Assembly: GCF_009914755.1 (NCBI RefSeq)
Contig: NC_060933.1
From: the human T2T-CHM13v2.0 reference genome, Homo sapiens
Length of the DNA stretch: 64,000 nt
Reading direction: 5' to 3' (one strand)
Positions 1 to 13,934 of this stretch are shown here, one piece after another. Position numbers and translations under genes: made by a program. Position 1 is the stretch's first letter. Each line of letters opens with the position of its first letter. Below the pieces are notes generated by a model. That model was not told the origin of the DNA. It saw only the letters and a program-made list of their open reading frames with translations, and searched no databases.

Positions 1-1274
1 TGAAGAAGTCAGGACTCTGGACCAGCAAAGTCTGTGAAGACAGCAGAGCTTTGTGTACACCCGTTCCTGAGAGGTGACCCCTGAGGACTGATTCGGAAGT
101 AAATGAAGACCATCAGCTAGAGAAACAAGCAGAGCTCTTAGAGAAACCCTGTATAATTATGAAAATGATACTTAAACAGCATTCTGTTTTTCCTAATTAT
201 AAAAATAATTCATACTCAATGCAGAATACTTGGAAGACATGGGAAAAATGAAAAGAAACACCCATATCCTATCATGAGAATGTAAGAAGCAAATGAGATG
301 TTGGTCCGTGTAAAAGTTCTATTATTTACCAGGTACTTATCACACACCAACTCTTGTTATATATGATACTGAGGGAGAATCAACCCTATTACTATGAGGG
401 TGAGGCAGCTATAATAAGGGTTAATGAAATATAGAAGACATTGTTTTGTAATTAGCCTATTACAACATATATCTATGGGGAAAAATGTTAATTCTTCCTT
501 ACCCCAGCAAAAGAATGAAAAGTTGAAGAAACTTGAAGATTTGTGAAAATGTTTTACAGGATTTGGTGTCAATTTGTTTTTTTTTAATAAAGTGCCATGG
601 GAGCCTCATAACCACTGCCCTTCCTCTCATTTATTCAGAATGCAAAAGCACTGGGATGAAGTGTTTGCTGTTCGCAGCCGCATTTATTTTCTGTTCCACT
701 ACTATTGATCTGTTAGGATTGTCTATACACTTACTGATTGCATAGACATTTTACTTAGGTGCTTTCTTTGTGAGTCACTTAGGTACACAATAAAAGTTTA
801 CCCTAGCATTGGGCCTAAACTGCAGAAGATCTCAGCTTAAAGATGTCCTGCTCCAGTTTGTGGCCTCACCCCAGGTGTTGAGTGAGCATCTTTCTGTAGA
901 GGTCAGCTGGAGCAGAATGCTGTCTTCCTGGCTGTCTAACCTTGGGCAGCAGCCAGACTCCAGGAATAGAGCTCTGATTGAGGCAGACCTGCAAACAGCC
1001 TGACTAGGGGAGGTGTCCACAGTCAATGGGAGAGGAACACACTCTCCCACTGAGAGCGTCTGGAGACACTGACACCAACACGCAGCAAATGTGGGCCTAT
1101 CCTGTTCCCTTTCTAGGTCTTATTTCTTCATCTGTAAAATAAGAAAGTTAGAGTGGAGTAGATCTGAGAGTCCTAGTTACCTGGACCTGGGGACTAACAG
1201 GCAGATTTCCACGTCAGCACTTTAGTGCTGATTACTGAAGTTTCAGGAAGGGATTACCATTAGTTTCATATTCT

Positions 1275-1580
1275 TTTTTTTTTTTTAATTATTTAGATGG
1301 GGTCTCTCTCTTGTCACCCAGATTGGGACACAGTGGTGCAGTCTTGGCTTGGCTCACTCCATTCTCAACCTCCTTGGCTCAAGGGATCCTCCCACCTCAG
1401 CCTCCAGAGTAGCTGGGACTACAGGCACATGCCACCATACCTGGCCAATTTTTATATTTTTTTGTAGAGAGAGTCTTGCTGTGTTGCCCAGGCTGGTTTC
1501 AAACTCCTGGCCTCAAGTGATCCTTCTGCCTTGGCCTCCCAAAGTGCTGAGATTACAGGTGTGAGCCACTGCACCCAGCC
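1275..1580 (-). mobile_element. Alu (AluJ-like)
   Basis: Poly-T followed by antisense Alu body ending gtgagccactgcacccagcc. Confidence 0.9.
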
Positions 1581-1721
1581 ATAATCAGTCCTTAAATTGC
1601 ACACATCTGTTTTTTTTTTAATCACTTTTCTATTATATCTCATAACTTTTGAACATGTAATTTAAAACAATGCCAATGCCATAGGGAATGGCTAGCTGTT
1701 CAGAGGAAGGAAAGATAGTCA

Positions 1722-1929
1722 CCCAGCCTGGGCAACATAGCAAAACTCCATCCCTACAAAAAATAAAAATCAGCCAGGTGTGGTGTCGTGTGCCTGTAGT
1801 CCCAGCTCCTTGGGAGGCTGGGGCGGGAGGATCAACTTGCCACAGGATGTCAAGGCTGCAGTGAGCTGAGATCACACTACTGCACTCCAGCTTGGGTGAT
1901 AGAGATCCTGTCTCAAAGAGGAAAAAAAA
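1722..1929 (+). mobile_element. Alu, 5'-truncated (AluJ-like)
   Basis: ccagcctgggcaacatagc ... gcagtgagctgagatc ... tctcaaagaggaaaaaaaa. Confidence 0.88.
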
Positions 1930-2986
1930 GCCAGTTGCATCTTGAAGGTATGTTGCCCTTGGTTATAGTTTAGCTTGAAGAAGGAGACAGAGCCAACCAG
2001 TAAAGAGGGGGAAAGCCTGTTACCTAGAAGGAAAGCCAAGAGAATAAAGGGAGAAAAGATTTTCTAGAAGAAAGCAGAGAAGATTGGTCATGTTAAAGCA
2101 TGAAAGTCAGGGAGTTTTGAAGTTTAGTTGGGGAGATGTAAGACCACTGGACAGAGGAAAAAGACACCACTGGTGACCTTCAAGAGGGTTCTTTCATAGA
2201 GTAGTCAGAGCAGAGGCCTGACTTACATTAAGGAGGGGCAGGTCTTGAAGCAATGGAGGTGAAGATATAGGCCTGTGGTTTGCAATGGTGGGTAAGAAAA
2301 GGCTTGAGAGAAAGAACAATAATCTGATGGGGTGAGAGGGCATCTAAGCAGAGTAGTCAGCACAGCTGTGTTTTTAAGGGTAGAGATAACTGTCTGTTTG
2401 AAAGCAGCACAGAAGAAGGTAGGAGAGAGGAAAGGGAGGGGATAGAGAGGTGCTAGGATAGTGAGGACTTTGGATGGAGTCCAACTGCCAGGGCTCAAAT
2501 CCCAGATCTCCCAGTCCCTTATTGTGTGACTTTGGTCAAGTTACATAACCAACCTCCTTATACCTCAGTTAACTTGCCTATAAGATGAGGATGAGAATAG
2601 CACACCTCGTAGAGGTGCTGTGAGGTCACAGATTTAAAGGATTTAGCAGCAGCACTGGTATATGCTAAATAAAATGGTGGCATTATTATTAGGGACAAAT
2701 AGGACCCAGAACTTGTAGGAGGAGCCGTCTGTAGGGTGTTCATTCTAATACTGTCAGTTAAAGCCTTAGGACCCAAACATCTCCAACAGAACTCTAAACG
2801 CATTGAGAATTTGGGGTCCTGGGCTTATACCCTACTCTGATGATTTCCCTCCAAAAAAATAGGAAATACCACATCCATAATGACTGAGATTGCCCAGGCC
2901 ACCAGAAGTCTTGGTCTTCAGTGCAGGCACTGAAGCACCCACTACTTTCTAATACTTCTTAATTTACCCTATGATTTATCCTACAG

Positions 2987-3079
2987 ATTAGTCAGAAGAA
3001 GTTGAAAAAATACGAGAAAGAATATCACACCATGAGGGAACAGCAGGCCCAGCAAGAAGACCCCATCGAGCGATTTGAG
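2987..3079 (+). CDS. RABGAP1: RABGAP1 coding exon (ISQKKLKKYEKEYHTMREQQAQQEDPIERFE), phase 0-0
   Basis: Acceptor ctacag|ATT and donor GAG|gtttgt; 93 nt, open frame; matches the RABGAP1 C-terminal coiled-coil region. Confidence 0.95.
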
Positions 3080-3464
3080 GTTTGTTTGCTTATGGCCTAC
3101 GTGTGAGGAGCTCCCATGCTTTCATTTCATATGATTGCGCCTGTAACTAGCTTTATTGAGTCCTTTTTAAAATTCAATTCCTCTGTAGGTTCAGGTTTGA
3201 GTTTGCAAATTAGCAAGCAAGATCTGTTTTTGCTTCAAACCAGCTGCCTGGTTTGTTACAGTTCAGTGGCTTTTCGTCACAGTTAACAAATAGTAGGTGC
3301 TTGACAAAGTCACTTGAATCAGTTAAGTATTTCTTTATGGAGCTAGAAAATAAGAAATTGTTGATTTGGAAACACATCAGGTCCAGCCATTTCTCTTATT
3401 GTTTCCATAGGACTTAGAAATTTATTTTGAGGTTTAGCCCTGAGAAATTTTCATTTCCATCTGA

Positions 3465-3731
<267 letters not shown>

Positions 3732-4204
3732 TGATACAACTTGCTTGTCAGTGTCACTTCCCTCCTTTCCTTCAGGAATTATCTGTTGTCTCACAAAGCC
3801 CTCCTTACCACATTCTTTTCTCATTGTGCACATAATCCTTGAGCTTCTTTCCCAAACATCATTTGATTAAGAGACCTTGTGGTTAATTCTTACATTACTA
3901 TAATTGGCAGGAGCATTTAATCATTATAATTACGTTAACCTCCCTCCTCAGACAGGAAGAGATTTTGTTATCCTACATATTTGGTGACTGTTGAAAAAGC
4001 ATTGCCAGTTGGAATGCAGCTCAGTACCTCAGCAACTTGCAGTTTCATCAGGAGTTTCTGTTGACAGATGTTTCATTTTTCTTTGCTTCTCCTAATCTTA
4101 ACAATTTTGGAATGATGTCTTTCCTGGCAGAAACCCTTTTCTATTTTCTGTACTACAGACTAACCTTAGAAGAAATGGTATAATCTCTCGATCATGGTTT
4201 AGGT

Positions 4205-4411
4205 CAGAAGTTGGCAAACATTTTCTGTAAAGGGATGGATAATAAGTGTTTGAGGCTTATGGCCCTACAGTCTACATTGCTACTACTTAGCAAAAGCAGA
4301 CATAGATGATATGCAAATGAATGAGCATGGCTATGTTCCAGTTAAAAGCTTTATTTACAAAAACAAGTGACAGGCTGGATTTGGCCCTTGGACTGTAGTT
4401 TGCCAACCCTT
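4205..4411 (+). mobile_element. MER58A (hAT-Charlie)
   Basis: ttggcaaacattttctgtaaaggg ... ctttatttacaaaaaca ... gtagtttgccaaccc. Confidence 0.8.
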
Positions 4412-4888
4412 TAGGTTTCCCTGCTAGGCTCCTAGGATTACCTTTCTACTCATTGGTTTCCTAAAGTTCCAGGGATGGGCTCAGGCTGTTGAGGATTTTT
4501 ACGGGGGTCTTACATTATATGCACTGAAATAGGGTCCATGAATTTCAGGATGTCCTTGACATCCACCAGAAGCTTACAAAAATTTTGTGTACTCATGCAT
4601 TTCCTTGAAAGGCTATGCTTTCATTTAGTTCTCCTAGGTAGAAAGACTATGGTTTCATCAGATTCTCAAAGTGGTTAACAGGTGAGACAGAGACCACAGT
4701 ATCTACCCATTCAGAAAATGTAGGATGGACCTGGATTCTAATGCCAGCTACTCTGCTTTCAGCTCACCTTGGACACCTTGTAAAATGAGGGGTGGTAAAA
4801 TAATAGCTATGTCACAGGGTATAGAGAGAATTACATAATTAGATGTATATGAAAGCATCATTAAAAAAAAATCAGGCACAGGCATTGT

Positions 4889-4907
4889 TAGCGCCCTCTG
4901 CTTGTCT
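4889..4907 (-). promoter_or_regulatory. Candidate CTCF motif
   Basis: AGACAAGCAGAGGGCGCTA versus consensus TGGCCASCAGRGGGCGCTA; one mismatch at a core C; retains a CpG in a CpG-poor intron. Confidence 0.4.
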
Positions 4908-5894
4908 GCTTGTCATCTACAAATAACTGAATTTAACAGGGAAGGCTCCTCTTTGCAGTTTTTGCAGGGAGAATGTTTCAAGGTCATTAGCCCTCAATGA
5001 CCAGAACCTGAGGTCTTTTGATGGCTTTTTGGCTTACCACAGTCTGCTCATCAGGGTTGAGTTTCCTCCTTACGGTGCAAATTCCCAGCATATCCTCTGT
5101 TCCTCTTTGTAGAAACACTATATGGGTCATTCTCTCCCTGTTCGGGTATTTCTGCCTAGTGAGTGGAGGGAGGCAGGTGTACATGGAGCAGGGACTACTG
5201 AAGCAGGGCCAGAGGTGTGTGCCTAACACAGCCCTCATAACAGCCATGGGTCATGCAGAAAGGAAGAAAAAAAGGAAAAGAAAAAAAATATGGGTCTTGA
5301 ATAGGAGCCTTTGTGTCCTACAATGAAATTAAGAGGCAGCTTAGGCTAAAATTCCAGGTGGATTTTTAGTTTGAGCTGTTGTATTTTCCAGTCTAACAGG
5401 CCCAGTATTAACAGTGACACCCACTAGTGAGTCGTAGACTACTTATGTTCTTAAAACCTGCCCCTAAACAGTATAAACCCTTTTTCAAGTCATCTTATCC
5501 TGACACAGTAGTGAGAGAACCAGGTTTCATTCCTGATATTAGGAGTGCAAAATAATAAGAATTATAATATGAGCTCCCATTTACTGATGATTTGTGGTGC
5601 TAGGCACTATGATAAGCATTTTACTAAACTTTGATCTCTCTTACCCTTACCTCAGCCTTGAGAGAACAGTAATGTAAGTTCCATTTATGGATGAGGATTT
5701 GTTTTTTTTAACAGCTATAAAACTTGAGATTCAGTTGAAGGTACCCAGGAAGAAGCAGAGCCAGGCCCATGGAACTGGAATGCCCAGGCTTTTTTTTTAC
5801 AGTGCCAGCCTGTTTCCACAGTAAATATGGGACAAGGAGCTATGAATCAATGTCATAACCGTATCAAAAACATGTGAGGACCAGGGATTGTGAC

Positions 5895-6125
5895 ATAAGA
5901 GCTAACATTTCTTGAGCACTTACCAAGTGCTAGGCACTGTTCTAAGTGCTTTCTATATATTATCAAATCCTCAGAGTAGGCCGTGTTGTAGAAGGGATAT
6001 AATTATGATCCCCATTTTACTGATGAGGAAACTGAAGCAAAAAGAGGTTAAATATCCCACACAGATCACCCAGCTAGTGGCCAAGCCCTCAAATTGAAGG
6101 GCTGACACCAGAGCTCACCCTCCTA
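5895..6125 (-). mobile_element. MIR SINE (representative; further MIRs near 2490-2690, 5560-5790, 10580-10790, 12130-12290, 15250-15420 and 45330-45500)
   Basis: MIR core cccattttactgatgaggaaactgaagc. Confidence 0.7.
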
Positions 6126-8286
6126 AGCAGGCGGCAGGGCTCAGGAGCATCACACCAGGGCCCATCCTGCAGTCATCTAAAATGCTGCAGACACACCTTT
6201 CCCACACTCACTTTCCCTTCCCAAGTTAGACTTCTCTCTGTAGTTTCTTCTGAATCATCACTGAAAATCAGCTAGATTCTTCCTCACTGAAGGGAGGAGT
6301 GTGGGGCCCTTTCATTATTTTTTTACTTTAGGGACTTAGGTTTTTGAAAGAACGTCATTCCTTTGAGCTCTTTCCTTCCTGCATCTCAGAGAAAAGCTCT
6401 GGTGTGAGGCTTTAAAATTTCCAGGGCCCTCTTGTATTTTCGGTTGATTATACATCACTTTTGTTATTCATCACCTGTCACTTTTGCTGTTCTTCACACA
6501 ACAGCTGTGGAGAAATTCCATGCCAGCCACTTAATTCCTCGGTGACCCCAATCAAGCTTTCTGTATGAAATGGGAGTAATGACTAGACCTGACACTGGTG
6601 TTAAAAGGATGAGGGGAAGCTATGGAAGGTCCCTGCAGAGCTGATAGGACCATGTCCGAGTCCCCTCTAGCAGGGTCACTCCTCTGTGTTGAGACAGACA
6701 TGAGAGTGAAGGAAACTTGCTGGTGAGCCCACCTGCTGTCCAGCAGGATGTAAACTCTGCCTCAGCTCCTTATTAGTTCTGTGACATTTTGCAGATTGCT
6801 GAACTTGCCCCATTGAGTTAGCTTGGCCCCTTTATTAAAAATCAATTGACCCTAAATTGGCGGGTTCACTTCTTGATTCTGTCTGCTCCGTCTGTTTCTG
6901 TGTCTATCCTTAAGCCAATACCACACTGTCTTGCTTACTGTAGCTTTATAATAAATCTTAAAATCAGTTCATGTGAGTTCTCTGACTTTGTTGTTCTTTG
7001 CATTTCTGTATCAGTGTTAGAATCAGCTTATGAATATCTAGAAATAAAAGCCTCTGGCTTTTGAGTGAGGTTCATGGAATCTGTAGATCAATTTGGGGAG
7101 AACTGACATCTGAACAACAGTTGAAGCATTCAATCCAGAACATGTTAAAATTTTCCTTTATTAAGATCTTTTTCAGTTTCTCTCAGTAGCAGTGTTTTTT
7201 AGTGTTCAATTTACAAGACGTGCATGTTTTAATCTATTTTTGTAAAGTGGTATTGTTTTTTAAATTTCATCTTCCAGTTGTGTATTGCTAGTCTCTAGAG
7301 ATGCAGTTGGTCTTTGTGTTGTGACCTTGTATCCTGTGACCTTGTAAAAACTCATTTGTTAGTCTGGCAGCTTTTTAAATATATTTTTTCAGATTTTCCA
7401 CATATACAATCATATCATCTCTGAATACAGTTTTTCTTCCTTTCATATTTATCTGCCTCTCTTTTTCTTGTCTCACTGCACTGACTAGCATCTTCAGAAT
7501 GATGCTGAATGGTTAGAGTGGACATCATTGCCTGGTTCTGGACATTAGCTGTAGGTTTTTCGTAGAGTAGGTTGAGGAAATAAATTCTCCTCTGTTCCTG
7601 TTTGCTGAGAGTTTTTGTCATGAATGGGTGTTGAATTTTGTCAAATGCTTTTCCTGTGTCTGTTGAGATAATCATTTGGTACTTCTCCTTAATTTTGTTA
7701 ATATAGTGAAATAAATTCACTTTTCAATGTAAACCAACCTTGCATTCCTAGGATAAACTCCAGTTGGGGTTTCTATTTTTTATTAAAGATTTTAATTCTT
7801 ATTAAATATTTATATGTTCATAAGGAATATTTGTCTGGAGTTTTATTTAATGTTTTTGTCTGGTTTTGTCATTAGGGAATGCTGGCCTCATAAAATGAAG
7901 TGAGAAGTGTTCCCTCTTGTTTTCTTGAGGACTTTGTATATGATTGTTCTTTGATTAAGTCTTTAGTTCCCTAGTGAAGTCACACAGACCTGAAATTTTC
8001 TTTGCAGGAAATTAATTGTGAATTCTTTTTCTTTTCTAGATATGGAGCTATGCAAATTTTCTAATTTTTCGTGTGTCTGTTGTTATAATTTGTGTCTTTC
8101 AAGTAATATATCCATTTCATCTTAAGTATGTTGATATAAGGTTGTTTGTATTCTTTTAATATTTATAAGATATGTAGAGATGTTTCATTTTCATTCCTGA
8201 TGTACGTCATTTCTTTTTCCCACTTTTCCATAACCAACTTAGCTAGAAGTTTATCAGTTGTGTTGATCTTTTCAAAAGCCAGCTTT

Positions 8287-8481
8287 AGCCTGGGCAACAT
8301 GGCAAAAATTAGCTGGCTGTGGTGTCACATGCCTATATTCCCAGCTACATAGGAGGCTTAGGTGAGAGGATCACTTGAACCCGGGAGGCAGGGGCTGCAG
8401 TGAACCGAGATCATGCCACTGCACTCCAGCCTGGGTGACAGAGTGAAACCTTGTCCCAAAAAAAAAAAAAAAAAAAAAAAA
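8287..8481 (+). mobile_element. Truncated Alu with A-tail, inserted in L1
   Basis: Alu right arm plus long poly-A; TSD AAAAGCCAGCTTT on both sides. Confidence 0.88.
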
Positions 8482-8648
8482 GCCAGCTTTTGCTTTTATT
8501 GAGTTTTCTCTGTTGTCTTGTTTCATTGATTTCTGCTTTTACTTTCTTTGGGTTTCATTTGCTCTTTTTCTGGCTTCTTAAAGAGGAAGTTTGAATAACT
8601 CTGGACCTTTCTTCTTTTCTAAAATAAGCATTTAAAGTTATTAATCTC

Positions 8649-8952
8649 AGCCAGGCACAATGGCTCATGCCTGTAATCCCAGCACTTTGGAGGCCAAAGC
8701 AGGAAGATTGCTTGAGCCCAAGAGTTCAAGACCAGCCTGGGCAATATAGCAAGAATTTGTCTCTACAAAAAATTTTTGAAAAATAGCTGAGCATAGTGAC
8801 ACATGCCTGTAGTCCCAGCTGCTTGGGAGGCTGAGATGGGAGTATTGTTTGAGCGCAGGAGTTCAAGGTTATGGTGAGCTATGATCGTACCACTGCATTT
8901 TAGCCTGGGCAACAGAATGTGACCCTGTGTCTTTGAAGAAAAAAAAAAAAAA
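8649..8952 (+). mobile_element. Alu (AluJ-like)
   Basis: gccaggcacaatggctcatgcctgtaatcccagcacttt ... poly-A. Confidence 0.9.
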
Positions 8953-9756
8953 TCAGAAATCTCCATGTAAGCACTATTTTCAGCTGCATTCCACATACTC
9001 TGATGTGTTGTGCTTTTATTTTCATTCAGTTCTTGTGATTTATTCTTTCACTTATACAAGTTTATTAGTAGTATGTAATTTAATTTCCAACTATTGTTTT
9101 TCCCAGAAACTTTTCTGTTATTTTTCATTTATTTCTGTTGTGATCAGAGATTATATCCTGCCTGATTTTAATCCTTTTAGAATATACCATTACTTATTTT
9201 ATGGCTTATCATATAATCTATTTGGGTGAATGTACCACATACACTTGGAAAGTATGTATGTTCTGTTGTGAGTGGAGTGTACTGTGTCAATTAGGCCAAA
9301 TTGGTTGATAGTGCTCAAGTCTTATGTAGAACAACTTGATTTTCTCTGCTTGTTCTGTCGCTTCCTGAGAGAGCACAGTAGAAGGTTCTGTGACTCTAAC
9401 TGTGCATTTTTCTTTTTCTCCTTTTAGTTGTGTAGGGATTTGTTTCATGTAATTTGAATTTCTGCATACATTTTGGATTGTTACACCTTCAAAGGGTATT
9501 ACCAAGGACAAAGAGGGACATTTCATAATGATAAAAGAGTCACTGTTTTACCAAAGTAAACAGATGGAAAAAGATGTACATACCACACAATACCATGAAA
9601 ACTGGACTGGCTATAGAAATGTCAGATAAAGTAGATTTCAGGACAAAGGGTATTACCGAGGACAAAGGGTATTACCAAGGACAAAGAGGGACATTTCCTA
9701 ATGATAAAAGAGTCACGCAATTTAATTGCGTGCATTTGCAGTTTGCCAGTAATTAA

Positions 9757-10099
<343 letters not shown>

Positions 10100-10961
10100 C
10101 AGTTCCCCATTTAAGGACCCAGCTCTCTGGAACCTGTTTCTTCCAAAGAAGATACAGGAAAGGAAATAGAGTATAGTGGAAAACTCAGTGGCCCAGTTAC
10201 ACTACTTTAGGTGATGTCAGAATTTCAGGGAAATCCTATCCATATCAGGAGCCCAGCAGAGACCCTCTGTATTTAGTCCTTGAGTCTTCTCTAATATGGT
10301 ATAGTCAGTCCTTCTTCAGTTATCTTTGGAGTGCCCAGCACCAGGAACTCGTATGTCAGGCAAAAGTATATCATTTTCACTAGAACTCACAGATAGGCCC
10401 ACTAGACCTTTTGCATGCTTTAGAAAAAGACTGGAGTGGAGAGTGGCCATTAAAGATAAGAAAAAGTGCCAGGAAAGGGGCAGCCTCCTTTATCAGGTAA
10501 TAACAAGAGAAAAATGCCAGACGGGTTGGATGAAGCAGAGGAAACACAGCTTGGAGGAAGAAAACCAGTTTATTAATAATAATGATGGCTACCTTTTATT
10601 GGTGTTTACTGTATTCCAGGCACTGTGCTGAATGCTTTTCTTGCCTTATCCCTCAGATGAAGAGCCGGAAGCTTAGAGAGGTTCTCAATGACTTGTCCAA
10701 GTGGCACATGGTCAGTGAACAATGGGCGATGAGTCCAGGCTGTCTGATGCCAAAGGCTAAGCTCCTAACTACTGCCCTGCACTACCTCTGAGCAAGAGAC
10801 TGGGACAGGCACTTATGCATGAGTGTATTCTCATTGTGACCCTGGGGATATAATTTCCCCTCTCTGAATCAGAGTTTCCCCATCATCTTAAAATGGGATT
10901 ATGCTAAGTAATGGAAATCCTTTGCAGTTCCCAATTCTTGTTTTGTGACAGCATATCTTAA

Positions 10962-11246
<285 letters not shown>

Positions 11247-11944
11247 TAGGAGGAGACAGTGGGTTGAAGCCCATCCTTTGTTGGGGCAGGAGAATTTCTG
11301 TGTATCAGCATCTGAGCATAACAAAGAAGAGGGGGTAGAATTCCTGCAGAAGGAAAGCACACATCATATAATGCCTGGCTGTTTCCCTACTTGTCCTCTG
11401 CTGTCTCCCTCATAGAGCAAGCTTGGGAAGTCTTGTTCTGAGCCAGTGCTCCATAGTCATTGGAGACACAGACCTGCAGGCATGGGAAGAGCTCTGGGTG
11501 CTGTGCGCCTGGGAGCAGTCCCCTCCCCCGTCGCACCACGGTCGTCCAGGAGGCAGGACTGGCTGGGGTGAGAGACTGCAAAGCCCTTTCTACAGAAACC
11601 ATGAGATGCTGAAAACCCGCAGTCCTCTTATGAGCTCTTTGGTTTGTGTCTGGTCTGTCAGTGAAGGTCCACAGGTTGGCTTGTACTGGCAGGGAAGACC
11701 TTCAGCAGAAGCCTCAATCTGAAATGGGGTCTGACGTTTTTGGAAGTTTTAACTGTTCTCTCCCTCTCCTGCATCAGGAACAGGGGATTAGTGCTGCCAA
11801 GATTGAAGGAAGAAAGTAGCTGAATTAGAGGACTTCCAGGGTTTGGTTCAGCAGTTTTTGGGAAGCCTAGCACTAAGCGGTTGGTGGCAGAACTTCCTTT
11901 ATTTTTCTGTTAACATAGTCCCTTTTGTTTTTTTATGTGTGCAG

Positions 11945-12028
11945 TTAAAAGAAATGTGCCGTCGGGAACTCGACAAGGCAGAATCTGAGATTAAAAAAAA
12001 CAGTTCTATCATTGGTGACTATAAGCAG
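11945..12028 (+). CDS. RABGAP1: RABGAP1 coding exon (LKEMCRRELDKAESEIKKNSSIIGDYKQ), phase 0-0
   Basis: gtgcag|TTA ... CAG|gtaggt; 84 nt. Confidence 0.96.
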
Positions 12029-12707
12029 GTAGGTTCCAGTACCCTGGGATTGGGCTGTGTAATCTGGGAGCCCCTAGTCTGGATAAAATGTATACCCGCC
12101 CCCCACCCCCAAACCCAAATGCAAGCACCCTGGTTTCAGATCCTGGCTCTGCCCCTGCACTGACAAGTGGCTTCACTTATTCTCAGTTGTAAAAGAAGGA
12201 AAATCATCCCTGCCTAGGAAGGTTGTTACGAGGATTTAAAAAGACCATGTTTGTAGAGTGCCTGGCAGTGCCCAGCACATAGTAGGTACTTAAAACCACA
12301 GTATGTTTTGGTATGTATTTCAGATTCAGAATTACGAACTTTTGTTTACGTGTAGTTTTAAACCGGTTATTTCCCTGACTGGTTGAGTTTTAAGAACATA
12401 ACAGAATGGTCTTGTTCCCTCCTACACTAGGATCTCTTGCTGGCTCATGAGTCTGGCAGGTGTTCAGAAACCATTGGCCATTGAGTGTGGTGCTGCTTGG
12501 TTTCTGCAAGTCCTAGGCCAGTGAATGCAGAGGCGGCATAGCTAGAAGAACCCCTGCTTATCCATCGACTTCATATCCCCTCCTGAGCGGTAGCAGGCTA
12601 TTTGCTACTATGTTAATTCCAATTTACATATTCCAGCTTCCACTACGGAATTTATGCAGATGATTACAATTGCTCAAGAGATTGTTGTTTTATATTTGTT
12701 TCTTTAG

Positions 12708-12779
12708 ATTTGTTCTCAGTTGAGTGAAAGATTGGAGAAGCAGCAGACAGCCAATAAGGTGGAAATTGAGAAAATTCGG
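12708..12779 (+). CDS. RABGAP1: RABGAP1 coding exon (ICSQLSERLEKQQTANKVEIEKIR), phase 0-0
   Basis: ctttag|ATT ... CGG|gtaaga; 72 nt; not in the ORF track, read manually. Confidence 0.95.
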
Positions 12780-13212
12780 GTAAGACTTCTCTTTACCTAA
12801 AAGATTTTATACCACCTACTTCATTTTATGGCTGTATAGACAGGTTTTGGGAGGAGGCAGTTGATTTCAAAAGTGAGAGAATCTAAGCAATAAGGCACCT
12901 GTCACAGGTCCTGGCTCAGTAGTTGACAACTAACACTACGCCTGTTTTCTCTGGAAGGGTGTACAGATGAAATCAAACAAGCTCTAGCTTTAGATCTCAA
13001 AGTGCAAGTGCCCCATGATTTCCAAATGTCTGTAAGGCAGTCGATGTCCGCAGTGTGATGCTGAGGAGAAGGAGTCATGCAAGTGATAGGTCTTGCTTGA
13101 GGTGGTGGGAGTGCAGAGGTCAGAATCATGTGCTGTGGCTTGTCACTTTCCAGTGTTGTTCTGAGTTCATGCCTTCTGCTGTAACACATCCAATTACAAT
13201 GAGGACCTTAGT

Positions 13213-13347
13213 TTATTTTTATTTTTTTTTATTTTTAGAGACAGGGTCTCACTATGTTGCCCAGGCTGGCCTTGAAATCCTGGGCTCAAGCGAAATCCCT
13301 CCCTCAGCCTGAGCTGCTGGACTCCAGGTGGGCACCATTGCGCCCAG
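13213..13347 (-). mobile_element. Alu left monomer (FLAM-like)
   Basis: T-tract plus agagacagggtctcactatgttgcccaggctgg. Confidence 0.8.
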
Positions 13348-13612
13348 TTTAGAACTTTAATTGTTTAATGTTTTGTTGGCAGCTTAGGAGTTTTTATAAC
13401 ATGGTGCTTTCTTTCTTTAAGTTCTACCTGTATTACAGAACTTGTCAGATTTTACTAAGATAAGCAATTTACTGAAAAGTGCCTCACTAACATATTTACA
13501 GCTCAGAGGACAGGAACTTGGGAAAGTTCTGTGCTCATGGCTATGTTTGCGCAAAGCAACATTACCTAGAGCAGGATGACACTGGCCTTCGTCATAATTA
13601 ATGTTTAACCAG

Positions 13613-13613
<1 letters not shown>

Positions 13614-13654
<41 letters not shown>
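13614..13654. repeat. (TG)~20 microsatellite at the Alu tail
   Basis: Direct reading. Confidence 0.95.
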
Positions 13655-13657
<3 letters not shown>

Positions 13658-13934
13658 AGACAGAGTCTTGCTCTGTCATCCAGGCTAGAGTGCAGTGGCG
13701 CCATCTCGGCTCACTGCAACCTCCGCCTCCCAGGTTCAAGCTATTCTCCTTCCTCGCCTCCCAGCTAGCTGGGATTACAGGCTTGTGCCACCGTGCCAGC
13801 TAATTTTTCGATTTTTAGTAGAGGTAGGGTTTCACCATCTTGGCCAGGCTGGTCTCGAACTCCTGAGCTCGTGATCCACCCGCCTTGGCCTCCCAAAGTG
13901 CTGGGATTACAGCTGTGAGCCACTGCGCCTGGCC
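13655..13934 (-). mobile_element. Alu (AluS-like) whose tail is a (CA)n repeat
   Basis: Antisense Alu; TSD AACCAGAT encloses both the Alu and the microsatellite. Confidence 0.92.

Noticed and set aside
1214-1231. 8-bp inverted repeat TCAGCACT-TT-AGTGCTGA
   Set aside because: Near chance expectation in 64 kb, with no supporting context
7415-7720. 101-aa ORF with a reverse-transcriptase-like motif (KAFDKIQHPFM)
   Set aside because: A decayed L1 ORF2 fragment, not a functional RT or a novel retroelement system
9490-9716. Repeated 19-54 bp units resembling a repeat-spacer array
   Set aside because: Only two to three copies, irregular spacing, L1-derived, eukaryotic context; not CRISPR
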